Positions 42,691-55,669 are shown, numbered from the stretch's first letter. The stretch is 64,000 nucleotides of DNA from Eledone cirrhosa (GCA_964016885.1 OZ024751.1:29946001-30010000), one strand, 5' to 3'. Made by a program: numbers and translations. Notes: generated by a model from the sequence alone, not told the origin.

Positions 42691-43172
42691 GATTCACAAA
42701 CTTTTGAAAGATATTATTTTTCCATTTTTTTCTTTTGATTTTTGATTTCTGTGTTTTTTTCTTTTTGAGGGGGTGGCGGGTTCTATATGTTTAAAATACA
42801 AAACCTTATTGAAAATAGTTAACCATACAGTTTTTTTTAATGACCACCAAACAAAATTGCTAAAACAAATCATGTTGTCCAGTCAAGCATGAAATTAAGT
42901 AAATCAATAGTTAATAGAAATATAGATTGTTGAACAGATATTGTTAAGAATGGAATCAAGAACTAAAGATGTTCAATGGCTTAAAAGTTCAAATTCTGAA
43001 TGTTATCTTTTGTCTGTTTTATTATTTAGAGAGAGAAGGGCAGTACCCATGACCCTTTTCAGTGCCTCAAGAACTGATAGGAAATAAGGAGGAAACTATC
43101 CACCAAGCAGGGACTCTGTTCAAATATTTGCAATAGTGTGAACTGTTAAATTCAGCCAATGATCAAGATTAA

Positions 43173-43670
43173 CCATTTAGCATTTAAACTGGCCATATCC
43201 GGCCAGAATTCTCTCACCACTTTCTGTTCAAACTGGCCATAACTAGCCACTCGTATTGATGTTAAGGTATTGCTCTCAACATAAATAATATCAAAATCTC
43301 ATAGATTCAATATTATGAAAGATATTATGAAAGATGAAGCCTTTACTGCGAAAATACAGTAGTAAATATAGAATAATGTAAATGCTAAAGAGTTGACCAT
43401 GCAACCAGGATGTAGTGTTAACCTTTTAGCATTTAAACTGGCCATGTCTGGCTAGAATTCTCTCACTTTCTGTTTAAACCGGCTGTATCTGGCCAGAATT
43501 CTCTCACCTCTTTCTGTTTAAACTGGCTGTAACCAGCCACTCATACTAATGTTAAGGTATTGCTCTCAACATAAATAACATCAAAATCTTATAGATTCAA
43601 TATTATGTGAGATAACTATGTGGGGGGAAGCCTTTACCACAAAAATACAATAGTATATATATATAGAGTA
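43173..43670 (+). mobile_element. Two adjacent MITE D copies (43173-43392 and 43422-~43670)
   Basis: Each starts TTAA|ccWtttagcatttaaactggcc. The second has an internal duplication and lacks the right TIR. Confidence 0.8.
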
Positions 43671-43914
43671 AACTAACCAACAGATTAAGTATGTCATTGA
43701 ACCCATAAACATTTCTAGTGTTCTTGGACCCCTGTACCACCTCCTTGCTAATTGCCTTCTGGAAGGTAATGGCCACAGACAGGAGTGAGGTCTGTTTGTT
43801 GGAATGGCTATTTCTATGTGTCTCCCTCACTATTTTCCTGGGTAATGTAGCCTGCATTCTGTCTGCTGTGACCACCAGGCAGGTTGTAGCTATTGTTCTA
43901 CATGTCCAGTCTTG

Positions 43915-44398
43915 TATCACTGGGGTAGTGATAGGTTGATATCTACATATATATATACACTATAATATCACTGGGGTAGTGATGGTATATGTTGATATCT
44001 ACATATATATATACACTATAATATCACTGGGGTAGTGATGGTATATGTTGATATCTACATATATCTACATACTGTAATACCACTGGGGTAGTGATGGTAT
44101 ATGTTGATATCTACAAATATCTACACACTGTAATACCACTGGGATAGTGATGGTATAGGTTGATATCTACATATATCTACACACTGTAATACCACTGGGA
44201 TAGTGATGGTATATGTTGATATCTACAAATATCTACACACTGTAATACCACTGGGATAGTGATGGTATAGGTTGATATCTACATATATCTACACACTGTA
44301 ATACCATTGGGGTAGTGATGGTATAGGTTGATATCTACATATATCTACACACTGTAATATCACTGGGGTAGTGATGGTATATGTTGTTGATATCTACT
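43915..44398. repeat. 56-bp minisatellite, ~8.5 copies
   Basis: ctgggRtagtgatgg at 43971, 44027, 44083 ... 44363. Confidence 0.95.
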
Positions 44399-44678
44399 TC
44401 ATATGTCAACACACATACCAGTCATACTTGTATAGGATTGTGACATTTAATTCTAAGAGTCTGTTTTGGTTGAAATTTAAACCCCAAACAGTTGCATCCA
44501 GTTTGTTTGTTTGTTTTGTTTTTATCACCTTAGATACATTCACTACCTTTAACTAGATCTGTATTGAATTAAACATTAACTCTTTTTTTTTGTTTAGGAG
44601 TAATCCTCTTAACTTCTCCCTCCTCTTCTGTCATGGTCACTTGCTACCATTTCTAGAGGGTTTTGAAACCACTGTTAA

Positions 44679-44924
44679 CTCATTTGTTGCCATATCTCTA
44701 ATGACATACATTCTATGTGAATTAATTCACAAAGAATTTGGAAGGATATGATAAAATTATGAATCATTTCATTATTAAGATGGTATTTATAATATAACAT
44801 AACATAAAAGGTTTTTATATCAAATTATGCTGGAAAGTTTTGCTTTAAATAGGAACCCTTTAAAAATTGGTGGTTTTGTTTCATAGAAACAGAGATGGTT
44901 TCGGGTAGGTTGGTATCAAAAGGG
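44679..44924 (+). mobile_element. piggyBac-type MITE family E
   Basis: TTAA|ctcatttgttgccata...ttggtatcaaaaggg|TTAA. Related segments at 39535-39620, 42085-42690, 45912-46015, 58575-58695, 58990-59095 and 61295-62126. Confidence 0.7.
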
Positions 44925-45029
44925 TTAATATCAATGATTACTTCATTTATATTCTGATCTGCATCTGAATATATTTTAAGAGAGTTGATTGGATGAGTGA
45001 CTTTAAAAGAAAAAAGCTTTTTTGTGATT

Positions 45030-45900
45030 CATGCGAGGAGGCTAACCAACTGCACTGAAACAGGAGAAAAACAGGATTTAATCTTATAAACAGAAACAAA
45101 AAATAAACGAACTTTAATGACCACCCAATGGAAAACAATCTTTGTCCCATCCTAGCATGTATGTAGAGTGGTCTTGGGTAGGGGATTAAAATGGAAAAAG
45201 AAGATTAACCTATTAGAATTTCGTGAGAAAATGTAATACAATCTGAAGCAAAACAATAAACTAATTTTCTACACTTGCCCATACCACAGGTGGAATAGAA
45301 AAACTGGGTTATCTGATATGTTGAAAATGAAACATGACAAAAAGCAAAATATATAAATATATAAAAATAAATGTTAATAAAGACAAGACATGTCTCTCAA
45401 CAAATAGAATGTGTTCCCTTCAATTTCTCTAGCTTAGAAAACTATTAGTCAGCAACATAACACCTACAGCGTTGAAAATGGTTTGGAAATCTGGTAAGAG
45501 GAAGAAGGAAAAAAACCACTGAAGGTGATGGAAGCTTATATGAAGATGAAATTACTGGTTACAAAAACTATATAGAATTCTTCGTCAAACTGGGAATTCC
45601 ATTATATTATAAATTGAGGATTGATTGACAGTTGGCAAAACTAAAGAGTGTTAGTCCTTCCCCAAGAGACAGCCAACTGGAACCATCTGTTTAGGTCTTA
45701 GAATGATGCATGCTTACTTTAGAATTGGACTGTTGGAGGGTGGGGCTTTCTGAATAAGTAAATGATAACAAGAAACCAAGAAAAGAAGAATTGATAGACA
45801 TAAACATCAGAAAGGTGTGTTTAATTGCAGAATATAAAATGGTATGGAATAACAAAGCAAATCTATTTAGCAGGTGTCTGGAATAGGAGAAAGTTTTTAG
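45030..45900 (+). pseudogene. Possible highly decayed RTE-like LINE reverse transcriptase C-terminal region
   Basis: Purine-rich strand with ordered remnants TGFNLINRNKK, TYSVE(n)W and RILR, resembling GLKIN..KTK / LYG.ETW / RRIL. Many stops. Confidence 0.35.
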
Positions 45901-46649
45901 AATCTGCTTCCTAACCCTTTTCTTATCATTTCTAATGGAATATTCTTCAATTGATTTTCAAAACAATGAAGAATTTGGAGGACTTTAGTAATGTAGTTTA
46001 AATTATTAGGCTGGTAAGGGTGGTGGATTGGCAGAATCTGTAGAGCATCAGACAAAATACTTTTTGATATTTAGTTATGACAGAGTGTACTGGGTGCATT
46101 TTATTGTGACACCAGCACTAGAGATATTATTATGCTCTTTACATGACTAATGGGTCCACTAAATCCTTTTTTATCTCTATTCATTTGCTGGCCTCTTTAC
46201 AGAGTGTACTGAGGGCATTTTATCATGACATCAACACTAAATATATTTTTTATGTCCTTAACAGGACTAAAGTGTCCTCTCAACTCCATATTGTCTCTTG
46301 ATACACTGACTACTTTACAGAGTGTACTGGGTGTATTTTATTGTGACACCAATACTAAAAATGTTTTTTATGTCCTTAGCAGGACTAAAGTGTCTTCTCG
46401 ACCCCATATTGTCTCCTTATTCACTGACCACTTTACAAAGTGTACTAGGTGCCTTTTATCATGGCACCCAATTACCTAATAATAATATAATCATTTGTAT
46501 GCAACAACTTTATTTCAAACATAATGAAAAAAAAAGAGGTTGTTTCGAGCTTGCCTAAGCTTTCAATTTTGTAGCTTTCTTCCCATAAAAACATAATATT
46601 TGCAGCATAAAATACAACAAAATATTATTAACAATCAATGTTGTAGGGT

Positions 46650-46828
46650 GTGGATTGGCAGTATCGGTAGAGGGTCGGACGCCATGCTTTCCAGCATAGT
46701 TACGTCCCTTTACGATCTGAGTTCAAATCCCGCCGAGGTTGACTTTGCCTTTCATCCTTACGGGGTCGATAAAATAAAGTACCAGTAATGCACTGGGTAA
46801 TTGCTGGCCTTGTGCCTAAAGTAGAAAA
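46650..46828 (+). mobile_element. tRNA-derived SINE family A, young full-length copy with 14-bp TSD
   Basis: A box TGGCAGTATCGG, B box GAGTTCAAATCC, body gcctttcatccttacggggtcgataaaataaagtaccag. Direct repeat caatgttgtagggt at 46636-46649 and 46829-46842. Confidence 0.88.
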
Positions 46829-46986
46829 CAATGTTGTAGGGTTAAGTGCCTGAAGCACTTGGAAAAACAAATCTAGATTCTATAGACCAGATTTTCAAAT
46901 TAATAAGATGAGAAAAATAAAAATCAGGAGTTTTATAGAGACTGCCAATTTTCTGGCAACTACTTTCAAAGAATATAGAAATATGA

Positions 46987-47662
46987 TATAGCAGGGGATC
47001 TGTGTTACATTATAGCAGGGGATCTGTGTTACATTATAGCAGGGGATCTGTGTTACATTATAGCAGGGGATCTGTGTTACATTACAGCAGGGGATCTGTG
47101 TTACATTATAGCAGGGGATCTGTGTTACATTATAGCAGGGGATCTGTGTTACATTATAGCAGGGGATCTGTGTTACATTATAGCAGGGGATCTGTGTTAC
47201 ATTATAGCAGGGGATCTGTGTTACATTATAGCAGGGGAACTGTGTTACATTATAGCAGGGGATCTGTGTTACATTACAGCAGGGGATCTGTGTTACATTA
47301 TAGCAGGGGATCTGTGTTACATTATAGCAGGGGATCTGTGTTACATTATAGCAGGGGATCTGTGTTACATTATAGCAGGGGAACTGTGTTACATTATAGC
47401 AGGGGATCTGTGTTACATTACAGCAGGGGATCTGTGTTACATTATAGCAGGGGATCTGTGTTACATTATAGCAGGGGATCTGTGTTACATTATAGCAGGG
47501 GATCTGCGTTACATTATAGCAGGGGATCTGTGTTACATTATAGCAGGGGATCTGTGTTACATTATAGCAGGGGATCTGTGTTACATTATAGCAGGGGATC
47601 TGCGTTACATTATAGCAGGGGATCTGTGTTACATTATAGCAGGGGATCTGTGTTACATTATA
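46987..47662. repeat. 24-bp minisatellite, ~28 copies
   Basis: Unit tatagcaggggatctgtgttacat. Confidence 0.97.
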
Positions 47663-47873
47663 CATTGATACATTAACAATTCAACGCAACAGTAATGAGT
47701 ATGTATATAAATTACTGCGTAATGTTTCACACCCCATATATATATATATATTTATGTGTATATATATTATATATATATATATATATATTTATGTATGTAT
47801 ATGTATGTATACATATGTTGATTTAAAACTGCACCATTCACAAGTGTTTTTTAACCTTCATATCACGTCTCCC

Positions 47874-47944
47874 TATTTTATCTGACGAAAACGCATATGT
47901 CATCTCATGATGATATTTGTTTTTGAAATGCGCCTAATAAAATA
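47874..47944 (+). ncRNA. Degenerate type I hammerhead ribozyme
   Basis: TATTTTAT-CTGACGA-[extended stem II including ATGTCATC/GATGATAT]-GAAA-t-GCGC-c-TA|ATAAAATA. 8-bp stem I and palindromic GCGC loop; the stem III closing pair is broken. Confidence 0.55.
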
Positions 47945-48065
47945 CATGGAACTCTTTTAACCATCTTTTGATCTTATATTATTTATACTCCAGTCCTACA
48001 AATTGTAGAGTGCTACTTATCCGATATCTGCATTGCTTTATTGTACTACAATAAAACTCACCTCC

Positions 48066-48199
<134 letters not shown>

Positions 48200-48966
48200 T
48201 GGTTGCAGGGAAAATGATGTTAAATTATGATGAGGCTGAGAATGATTATATATATATATAGACATAAAATATACAAGTATTTATATATATATATTCTGTG
48301 TTAACATATGTTGCTGTTGTTCTACAATCATCCTGTGTCCCCTATTACAATAGAAGGCACTATTACAGTATTATGGCTGCTCCTTTACATTTAACAAAAA
48401 TCAATTCACCAATCTCTTTATTATTATATTCATGTTTTATTTCTTCATCTATCTAACATTAATTCATTATCCCAAAGGTCTACTGATGACACTATATATA
48501 CATTTATAAATATATATATATATATATATACATACATACATATATATATACAGTTAGACTAGTAAGACCATATTCAGCTAAGTACTCAATACTTGGAAAA
48601 GTAGAGCATGTATACATGATTAAAAGTTAGTGACCAAGGGCTGAGCTCCTGCCATTGAAAAATGGAGGAGTGGATGACTGAATTAATTTGTCATTTTCAA
48701 CTATGTCCAAGCAGTGTTTCACCAGAGGCAGGGATATGTGGGGTCAGGGGAGAAAAGGGTTAAGTGGGGGAGGAGTAGTTAAGTTTAGAGAGTGAACTAT
48801 TGTACAGTTGTATTGACCTTAAAGAACTGAAACCACTTATCTCTTGTGGTCAACAGATGATTTGAGACTACTCTCTGTTTTCACACATTTCCCTGTCTTT
48901 GCCCATTCTTCATTCGTATGATTTCAGCCATATGGGACTCTCTATTTTCAAATATATATATATATG

Positions 48967-49096
48967 TTGTTATACTTGGGGAGGGTCATATTGTTATTGC
49001 CAGAAATAATAACAGAACACACTCACTGTTAGGTTTAGGTTGGTTTTCGTTTCTGTATCTTTTATATCTCCATAGTTAATTTCTTTGGCAATCAAT
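48967..49096 (+). repeat. Interspersed repeat P4, left copy of an inverted pair around the maT transposon
   Basis: ttgttatacttggggagggtcatattg...ttggcaatcaat. The reverse complement recurs at 50140-50275 and a third partial copy is at ~11480-11560. Confidence 0.7.
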
Positions 49097-49148
49097 GTTT
49101 ATCATTCATTGACCAACGGTTAAAAATACAGATATAAATATATATATA

Positions 49149-50039
49149 CAGGGTGCAGACGATATTTGTTCACAAGATTACTGTCTAGGTAAAAATAACA
49201 CAGTAGTTTTATTTTTTAAGATATATTTATCAAACTTGGGTCAGTTTGTCTGCATGACTTGTTCTTTCGATCTCACTCGATAAACCCGCCATTGGCTTTA
49301 ATGACGGCCTCAAGGCGGCCTCGGAACCGGCTACAGGCCTTCATCACTGTCCTCCGACTTAGGCCCCTAAAGGCACTTGTGATCCTGGCCTTCAGATCGT
49401 CTTTCATATTGCAGCTAGATCTGTTGGTGTCTTGTTCCACTGCGCCCCGCACAAAGAAGTCGAGGAGGTTGCAGTCAGGCGAGCTGGGAGGCCAGATGTC
49501 AGGTGAAGTGTGGTCGACGAAGTTCTCAGACAGCCAGGCTTCGGTCTTTCGGCTGGTATGGCAGGGCGCTGAGTCTTGCTGCCACACGTACGGCCTACCT
49601 GCAGCTACCTGGTCGATCCAGGGCTTTACTACCTCGCTCAGAACGCGGATGTAGCCATCGGTGTTCAGCTTGAGGCCCTCAGGGAAGAAGTGAGGTGGCA
49701 TAACATCACCTTGACTGCTGACGACACCTAAGACCAATGTTGTCGATGGAAACTTTGTCTGCATGACTCTGGGCACTTCTTTGGATGAGACAGCGAGCCA
49801 CTTGTTGTTCTGGGAGTTGATCTTCTGGTCTTATTTGTCCTTCCAACGCGGATTCCAAGAAGAACTCTGTGTCTCTTTCACAAATTTGGAGGCTCAAAAT
49901 TATTCATAATCAATTATTCTGAAAATAAATAATGGAAATATAGTCACTGTTTTTATGAAGACAAGAGTGACAATGGAAGTAAAAAAATTTGCATAAAATT
50001 AGCAGTTGAAAATTGCGAACAGATGTCGTCCGCACCCTG
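49149..50039 (-). mobile_element. Internally deleted Tc1/mariner transposon, DD37D (maT) family
   Basis: 27-bp TIRs cagggtgcagacgatatttgttcacaa (49149-49175) and ttgcgaacagatgtcgtccgcaccctg (50013-50039) with 4 transition mismatches. Flanked by TA on both sides. Contains the C-terminal half of a transposase. Confidence 0.92.
49273..49830 (-). pseudogene. Truncated DD37D transposase (catalytic domain lacking the first Asp and the N-terminal HTH)
   Basis: Frame reads DQKINSQNNKWLA...VWQQDSAPCH...WPPSSPDCNLLDF...RGRLEAVIKANGGFIE*. There are 37 residues between the QQD Asp and the NLLD Asp. An in-frame TAA precedes DQK, where the FSDE motif would be expected. Confidence 0.9.
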
Positions 50040-50139
50040 TATATATAGTCTATCAAAGTTCTTTCATCACACATCTGCGACATCATCATTAGTACTATTA
50101 TGTTTCCTCCCATTGTACTGTAAAGTTTATGCCATTTTT

Positions 50140-50295
50140 ATTGATTGCCAAATAAATTAACTATGGAGATATAAAAGATACAGAAGTGAAAAACTAACCG
50201 GAACCAAACAGTGAGTGTGATCTGTTGTTTTTTCTGGCAATATTACAACAATATGACCCTCCCCAAGTATAACAATATTTGTTTCGACACACAAT
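50140..50295 (-). repeat. Interspersed repeat P4, right copy
   Basis: Reverse complement of 48967-49096, extended by tgtgtgtcGAAACaaatatt as in the 11480 copy. Confidence 0.7.
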
Positions 50296-50354
50296 TTCAT
50301 ATCAATATTTTGCAAAACAAATATATATATATACATGTGTAATAAATATATATA

Positions 50355-50468
<114 letters not shown>

Positions 50469-52481
50469 TAGAGCAGAGGAGGAGAAGACCCAACACCAGT
50501 ATTGGACTGGTACTTAATCATTTATTGGCCCCTCAAAAAAATGAAAGCAAAATTGACATTGGCGGGTTTTGCAGAGAAAATACAAAATACCACAAGGTAT
50601 TTTATTCTATCCGACATTGTAGAAACTCTGCCAATTTTCCGCCCTTATAACCTTAATCATCATCTTGTATTATTGTTGTTGTCGTTGTATGTTGCTATTT
50701 TGGTAATGGGCAACAGTGTAGCAGAGAAAACAAAGAAATAGCCAGTTCTACTTCCCCCCCTGCCAGATATAGAAGTATTATAGGCAAATCCAAAATGAAG
50801 ACTAAAAGCAACATCTTCTGTTTTGATTAAACACCTGCTAGAAATACTTTCTCTCTTTTCCTAAAACCAACAACACTTTACATGGCACCAAACAAAGACG
50901 TTCTGGGACATCTTTAAATTGCTGCCAATCTTGTTGTTCACCGCGGTGTAATTTAGCTGACGGATATCGCTAACAAAACAGTATAATAAGCAAGCTGCTT
51001 GTATTTGAAGTAAGTCTTTATACCTAACAATGGAAGTGCTTGTGTCAGTGTCTGCTAGTTACAGCAGCCACAGTGACAGCAGTAGTAAAAGCAGCAACAG
51101 CAGCAGCGACAACAGCAGCAGAAGAAGAAGAAGGAGAAGATGATGATGAAGAATATGTTACTGTTGTTGTTGTTGTTCTGCATTTGCTGTCTTTGCACTG
51201 ATAACACCATGTATATAACTCTGCTTAAGGGCTAGCTAGGCTCGTAAGAATGTGGAAACCAATGTCTTAAGTGCTGACATTGAATTTTTGCATTTAATTA
51301 AATTCTGGTATAATATGGTCTTGTCTTCAGGGATACAACAACAACAGCAACAACAACTAAAAGAAGGGGTTGGTATGTAGGTGGGTTGGTGGGATGGTTG
51401 GGTTGAGTGTAGAGAATAGAAACAACAGCAACAACAACAACAACAAATGAAAGAAGCGGGTGCAGGTGGGTGGGATGGTTGGGTTGAGTGTAGAGAAACA
51501 ACAACAACAACAGCAAGGAATAAAAGAAGAGGTGTGTGATTGGGATGGGTGGCTGGGTTTGGGAGGTTAAGGTGAGTTGGGGTGGGTCGGGGTGGGTGTT
51601 AAAGAATGGAAATTTGAGACAAAAGGATTAAAGATTGAAGTCCTGTTGTAAGTTTTATATAATAAAGAAAAAACAAAAACTTTCATTTGAGGATTAATTG
51701 CAGTCAGTAGGCCTACTACTAACACCACCACCACCACCATGACCTCCATCATTACCAACAACACCACCATTATCATCATCATCACCACCACCACTACCAC
51801 CACCACCACTATCATCATCATCATCATCATCACCAACATTACCAACATCATCATCACCACCATCATCATCATCATTATTATCATTACCATCATCATCAGC
51901 AACATCCCGATCATCAGCATCATCAGCATCATCATCATCATCCTCATCATCATCACCATCATCACCACCATCATCATCATCATTATCATCATTATCATTG
52001 TTTTTGCTGTTTTATATGTCAGCATTGTCATCATTGCTGCTGCTTTATCTATCATCACTTCCATCATTATCATCTTCATTATCATCATCGCCATCGTCAT
52101 CATCATTACCTTCAGCACCATCGTCACCATCTTCACTGCCATTATAATCATTAATATCATCATCACCATCATTACCAGCTTCATCATTATCACCACCACC
52201 ACATCATCATCATCATCATCATCTTCATTACATTTATCATCACCACTATCTTCACCATTATCATTATCACCACCATCATCATTATTATTAGTATCACCCT
52301 TTAAACTCTGTTATCTGGGCATTTCAACCAAGAAGATGTCATGAGATAAAGTTGGTAATCTGCTGCAAGGTGTAAGACCATTAGTAGTATTATGTTGTAG
52401 ATGTGAAGTGTGGCTGCAACTCCATCAATATATATATATATAAAATAGAAAATAATCAGACTTTTGTTTAATGCATTTAAT

Positions 52482-52528
52482 TGCTGATGATCGTTTCTTC
52501 CAGACAAGTGTCTGGAATCATCAGAGCA
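52482..52528 (-). ncRNA. Minimal type I hammerhead ribozyme, paralogue of 60749-60795 with one stem III mismatch
   Basis: Minus strand reads TGCT-CTGATGA-TTCCAGAC(ACTT)GTCTGGAA-GAAAC-GATC-ATC|AGCA-attaaatg. Same 47-nt length and same downstream attaaatg as the other copy. Confidence 0.75.
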
Positions 52529-52689
52529 TATACAATGTTGTATTTCTGCTCTGTAATATATATGATATTTTACATTGAGCTAATTTTCTTACTGGTATTT
52601 GGGTAATACAAAATATTACCCTTTCTTATTTATAATTGTATATATATTATATATATAAGTATAAATATTATTATTATTATTATTATTAT

Positions 52690-52810
52690 TTTATCGACCC
52701 CATAAGGATGAAAGGCAAAGTTAACCTCGGCGGGATTTGAACTCAGAATGGCAAGGGCCGTAACTCTATGCGTCAAAGCATGGCGCCCGATCCTCTACCG
52801 ATACAGCCAA
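52690..52810 (-). mobile_element. SINE A, 5' half
   Basis: Reverse complement match including the B box. Confidence 0.8.
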
Positions 52811-53069
52811 ACAGTTTCCAAGTAAAAAAAAAAAAGAATAAAAACAATGAAAAAGAAAAAAAAAACTTATGTTGCGGATATTCATTATAAATATTAACGT
52901 TATACTTTATGATTAATTAATACTAATTAATATTATTGTTAATAATAAATTACCATTGAGTGCCATCAATCCTGCTTGGTAGTTAGATGAATCTTTGGTT
53001 ATCTAACAACAACAACATCAATCTAATCTGTTATCTTTCATTGATTCAATATTTGAAATAATAATGATG

Positions 53070-53113
<44 letters not shown>

Positions 53114-53859
53114 TTAACTATGAAACTCTTCAGTTTGGCACTTCTTAATTAATTAGATGTCACTAGAATTTATCGTCCAATTCTTGTTGGTCTTATACTA
53201 TTTATTTTGTTCACTGGAACCTCACAAGTTTTCAGATCGTTTTAAATGGCTTATTACATTTGTAATGATAGCAATGTTTTTCTAATAAGAAATAGTTAGT
53301 TTGGGGCTGATCCCTGACTGTGTGTGTATATATGTGTGTGTGTGTGTTCATAATTGTACATCTCTGTGTGTGTTGTGTGTCTCTGTTTGTGTCTCTGTCT
53401 GTGTGTGTGTGTGTCTGTCTGTATCTGCGTCTATGTGTACATGTATGTATGTACTTGTGTGTATGTATATATTATGTGCATGTGTGTGTGTGTATATGTG
53501 TGTTTCTGTTTCTGTGTGTACATAATTGTGTGCCTGTGTGCATACATGTGTGTGTACATGTGTGTCTGCGTGTTTGTGTGTCTGTATGTGTGTGTCTGTC
53601 TGTATCTGTGTGTGTCTGTGTGTTTGTGTGTGAACATGTATGTTTGTGTGTCTGTATCTGTGTGTATACATAAGTGTGTGTGCGGCCATGTGTGTATATA
53701 TGTGTGTATCTGTGTTTACATTTACTGTTTGTTTATGTCCCATAACTTAAAAGTAAAAGAATAAAGTCATTAGAGCATCAGGTTAAATGTCTTGTAATGT
53801 TTATTCCTGGTTTATATTTTACCATTTTTTATGTTTATGTCTCAGGCTAGTAAGTTTAA

Positions 53860-54070
53860 CCCTTTAGCATTTAAACTGACCGTATCTGGCCAGAATTCTC
53901 TCCCTCTTTCTGTTCAAACCAGCCATAACTGGTCACTCATACTTAACTTAAGGTATTGTTCTCAAAATAAATAATATCATAATCTCATAGTTTCGATATT
54001 ATGTGAAATAATTATGAGGTAAAGTGTTTACCGTGAAAATTATATAAAGAGTAATGTAAATGTTAAAGGG
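53860..54070 (+). mobile_element. MITE D
   Basis: TTAA|ccctttagcattta...taaatgttaaaggg|TTAA. Confidence 0.85.
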
Positions 54071-54362
54071 TTAACTACACCAGATGGTCCCTTGGTACTT
54101 TTACCAGAATTCACTTTGTTGTAAGCATTCAAGCATGTTGTTTGTGCACCTTGCAGTAGGTCATATAGGAGCAAAGGAATATTGGTAAAATAGTCAATGC
54201 CAGATTAGAAGGTTATTCAAAAGTTAAGTACTGGTTAATTCCATTCCATCGTATATTTCACATGTAATGCTGTATGTCTGTGATGAACATTGGTTCATAA
54301 TATAAACTCAAATGTTTGAAAGAAAAGTTGTTTTCTATTCACACACACACACCATCATCATT

Positions 54363-54414
<52 letters not shown>

Positions 54415-54863
54415 CCACCAGTAATGCTTCAACTGTGAAATTTTGTATGCACTAATTTCATCTCTTCTTATTAATAAATGCATTGTTTCTTTCCAAGGAC
54501 TATGTTGAAAAATAAACATCATTTGGTTATTCCATGAGAGTATCTTGGTCAACCTATGAACTTGGTCAGCCAATCTTTATATATATATAGATAAATAGAT
54601 GGATAGATAGATAGAGAGAGAGATTGCTAGATGTAGGAATAGATAGATATATAGATAGATAGATAGTTAGACAGACAGATAGTTAGATAACTAGATAGTT
54701 ATCAAGATAACTAGAGAGACAGATATTTGATTTAGAAAAAAAGAGTCAGTTTTATTATCAATGGATGTTTGCAGTCATATATATATATATATATATATAT
54801 ACACACGCACATATACACACGCACATATACACATATACACATATATATACATATATATATATA

Positions 54864-54896
<33 letters not shown>

Positions 54897-55669
54897 GGTT
54901 ATATTCACGTACACATACACATATACGAGACTTTAATCAAATCATATTTGCGATGAATTATGTGTCTAAAGCTATCAGTGTTAATATTCGGCAGTGTAGG
55001 TAAATACATCTTTATATGTTTATGTGTTAAATTAAGATTAGATGTGCACTGGTTGCTGAAAGAGCCACTAACCCTCATAAATTATCAATAATCTCGCTAC
55101 TTCAATATCTAATATTACAGAATTTTCACCAAATTTTCCCCGTTGGCACTGTACATTAATTATACCTGTAAACTGGTACAGTTATAGTCCGAGAGAGAGC
55201 AAGAGAGAGAGAGTGGGGTGAGAGAGAGAAAAACAAAATATAGATCCTGACTTTTAGGCTATTAATTTCTTTACCGTCTTTCGGGTTTTGATTAATTGAA
55301 ATCTCTTAACTACATAGTAATATTATTATTTTTATTACCATTGTTATCATTATTACTATTTATTATTATTATTACTATTTATTATTATTATTATTATTAT
55401 CATTATTATTATTATTATTATCTCTGTGATATTATCATTTGATTTCATGTGTCAGAAATGTTGATAGTAAGCAGCAGTATAGAAACAGTGAAGGAAGAGT
55501 ACAGGAGGTGGTTCGGTGGGTGGTATTGAGTGTATGGTGGGTTGTACCACCTGATTTGCCACCAACAACAGCTGAAGAGAAGAATAACCAAATATGATCT
55601 GTTAAATGTACAATATGAACTTGAAAGACGTAGGTCAGGCAATTTAGAATGTTGGTGTATATTAGTAGT

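Noticed and set aside
43603-43920. 105-aa minus-strand ORF in unique sequence
   Set aside because: Starts in a minisatellite and ends in a MITE; no motif or splice support.
46650-46740. A/B-box sequences as tRNA genes
   Set aside because: They are SINE heads: no cloverleaf, continuous with the SINE body, and multi-copy.
46895-47676. ORFs (CYNVTQIP)n and (LHYSRGSV)n
   Set aside because: A 24-bp minisatellite open on both strands because the unit is divisible by 3.
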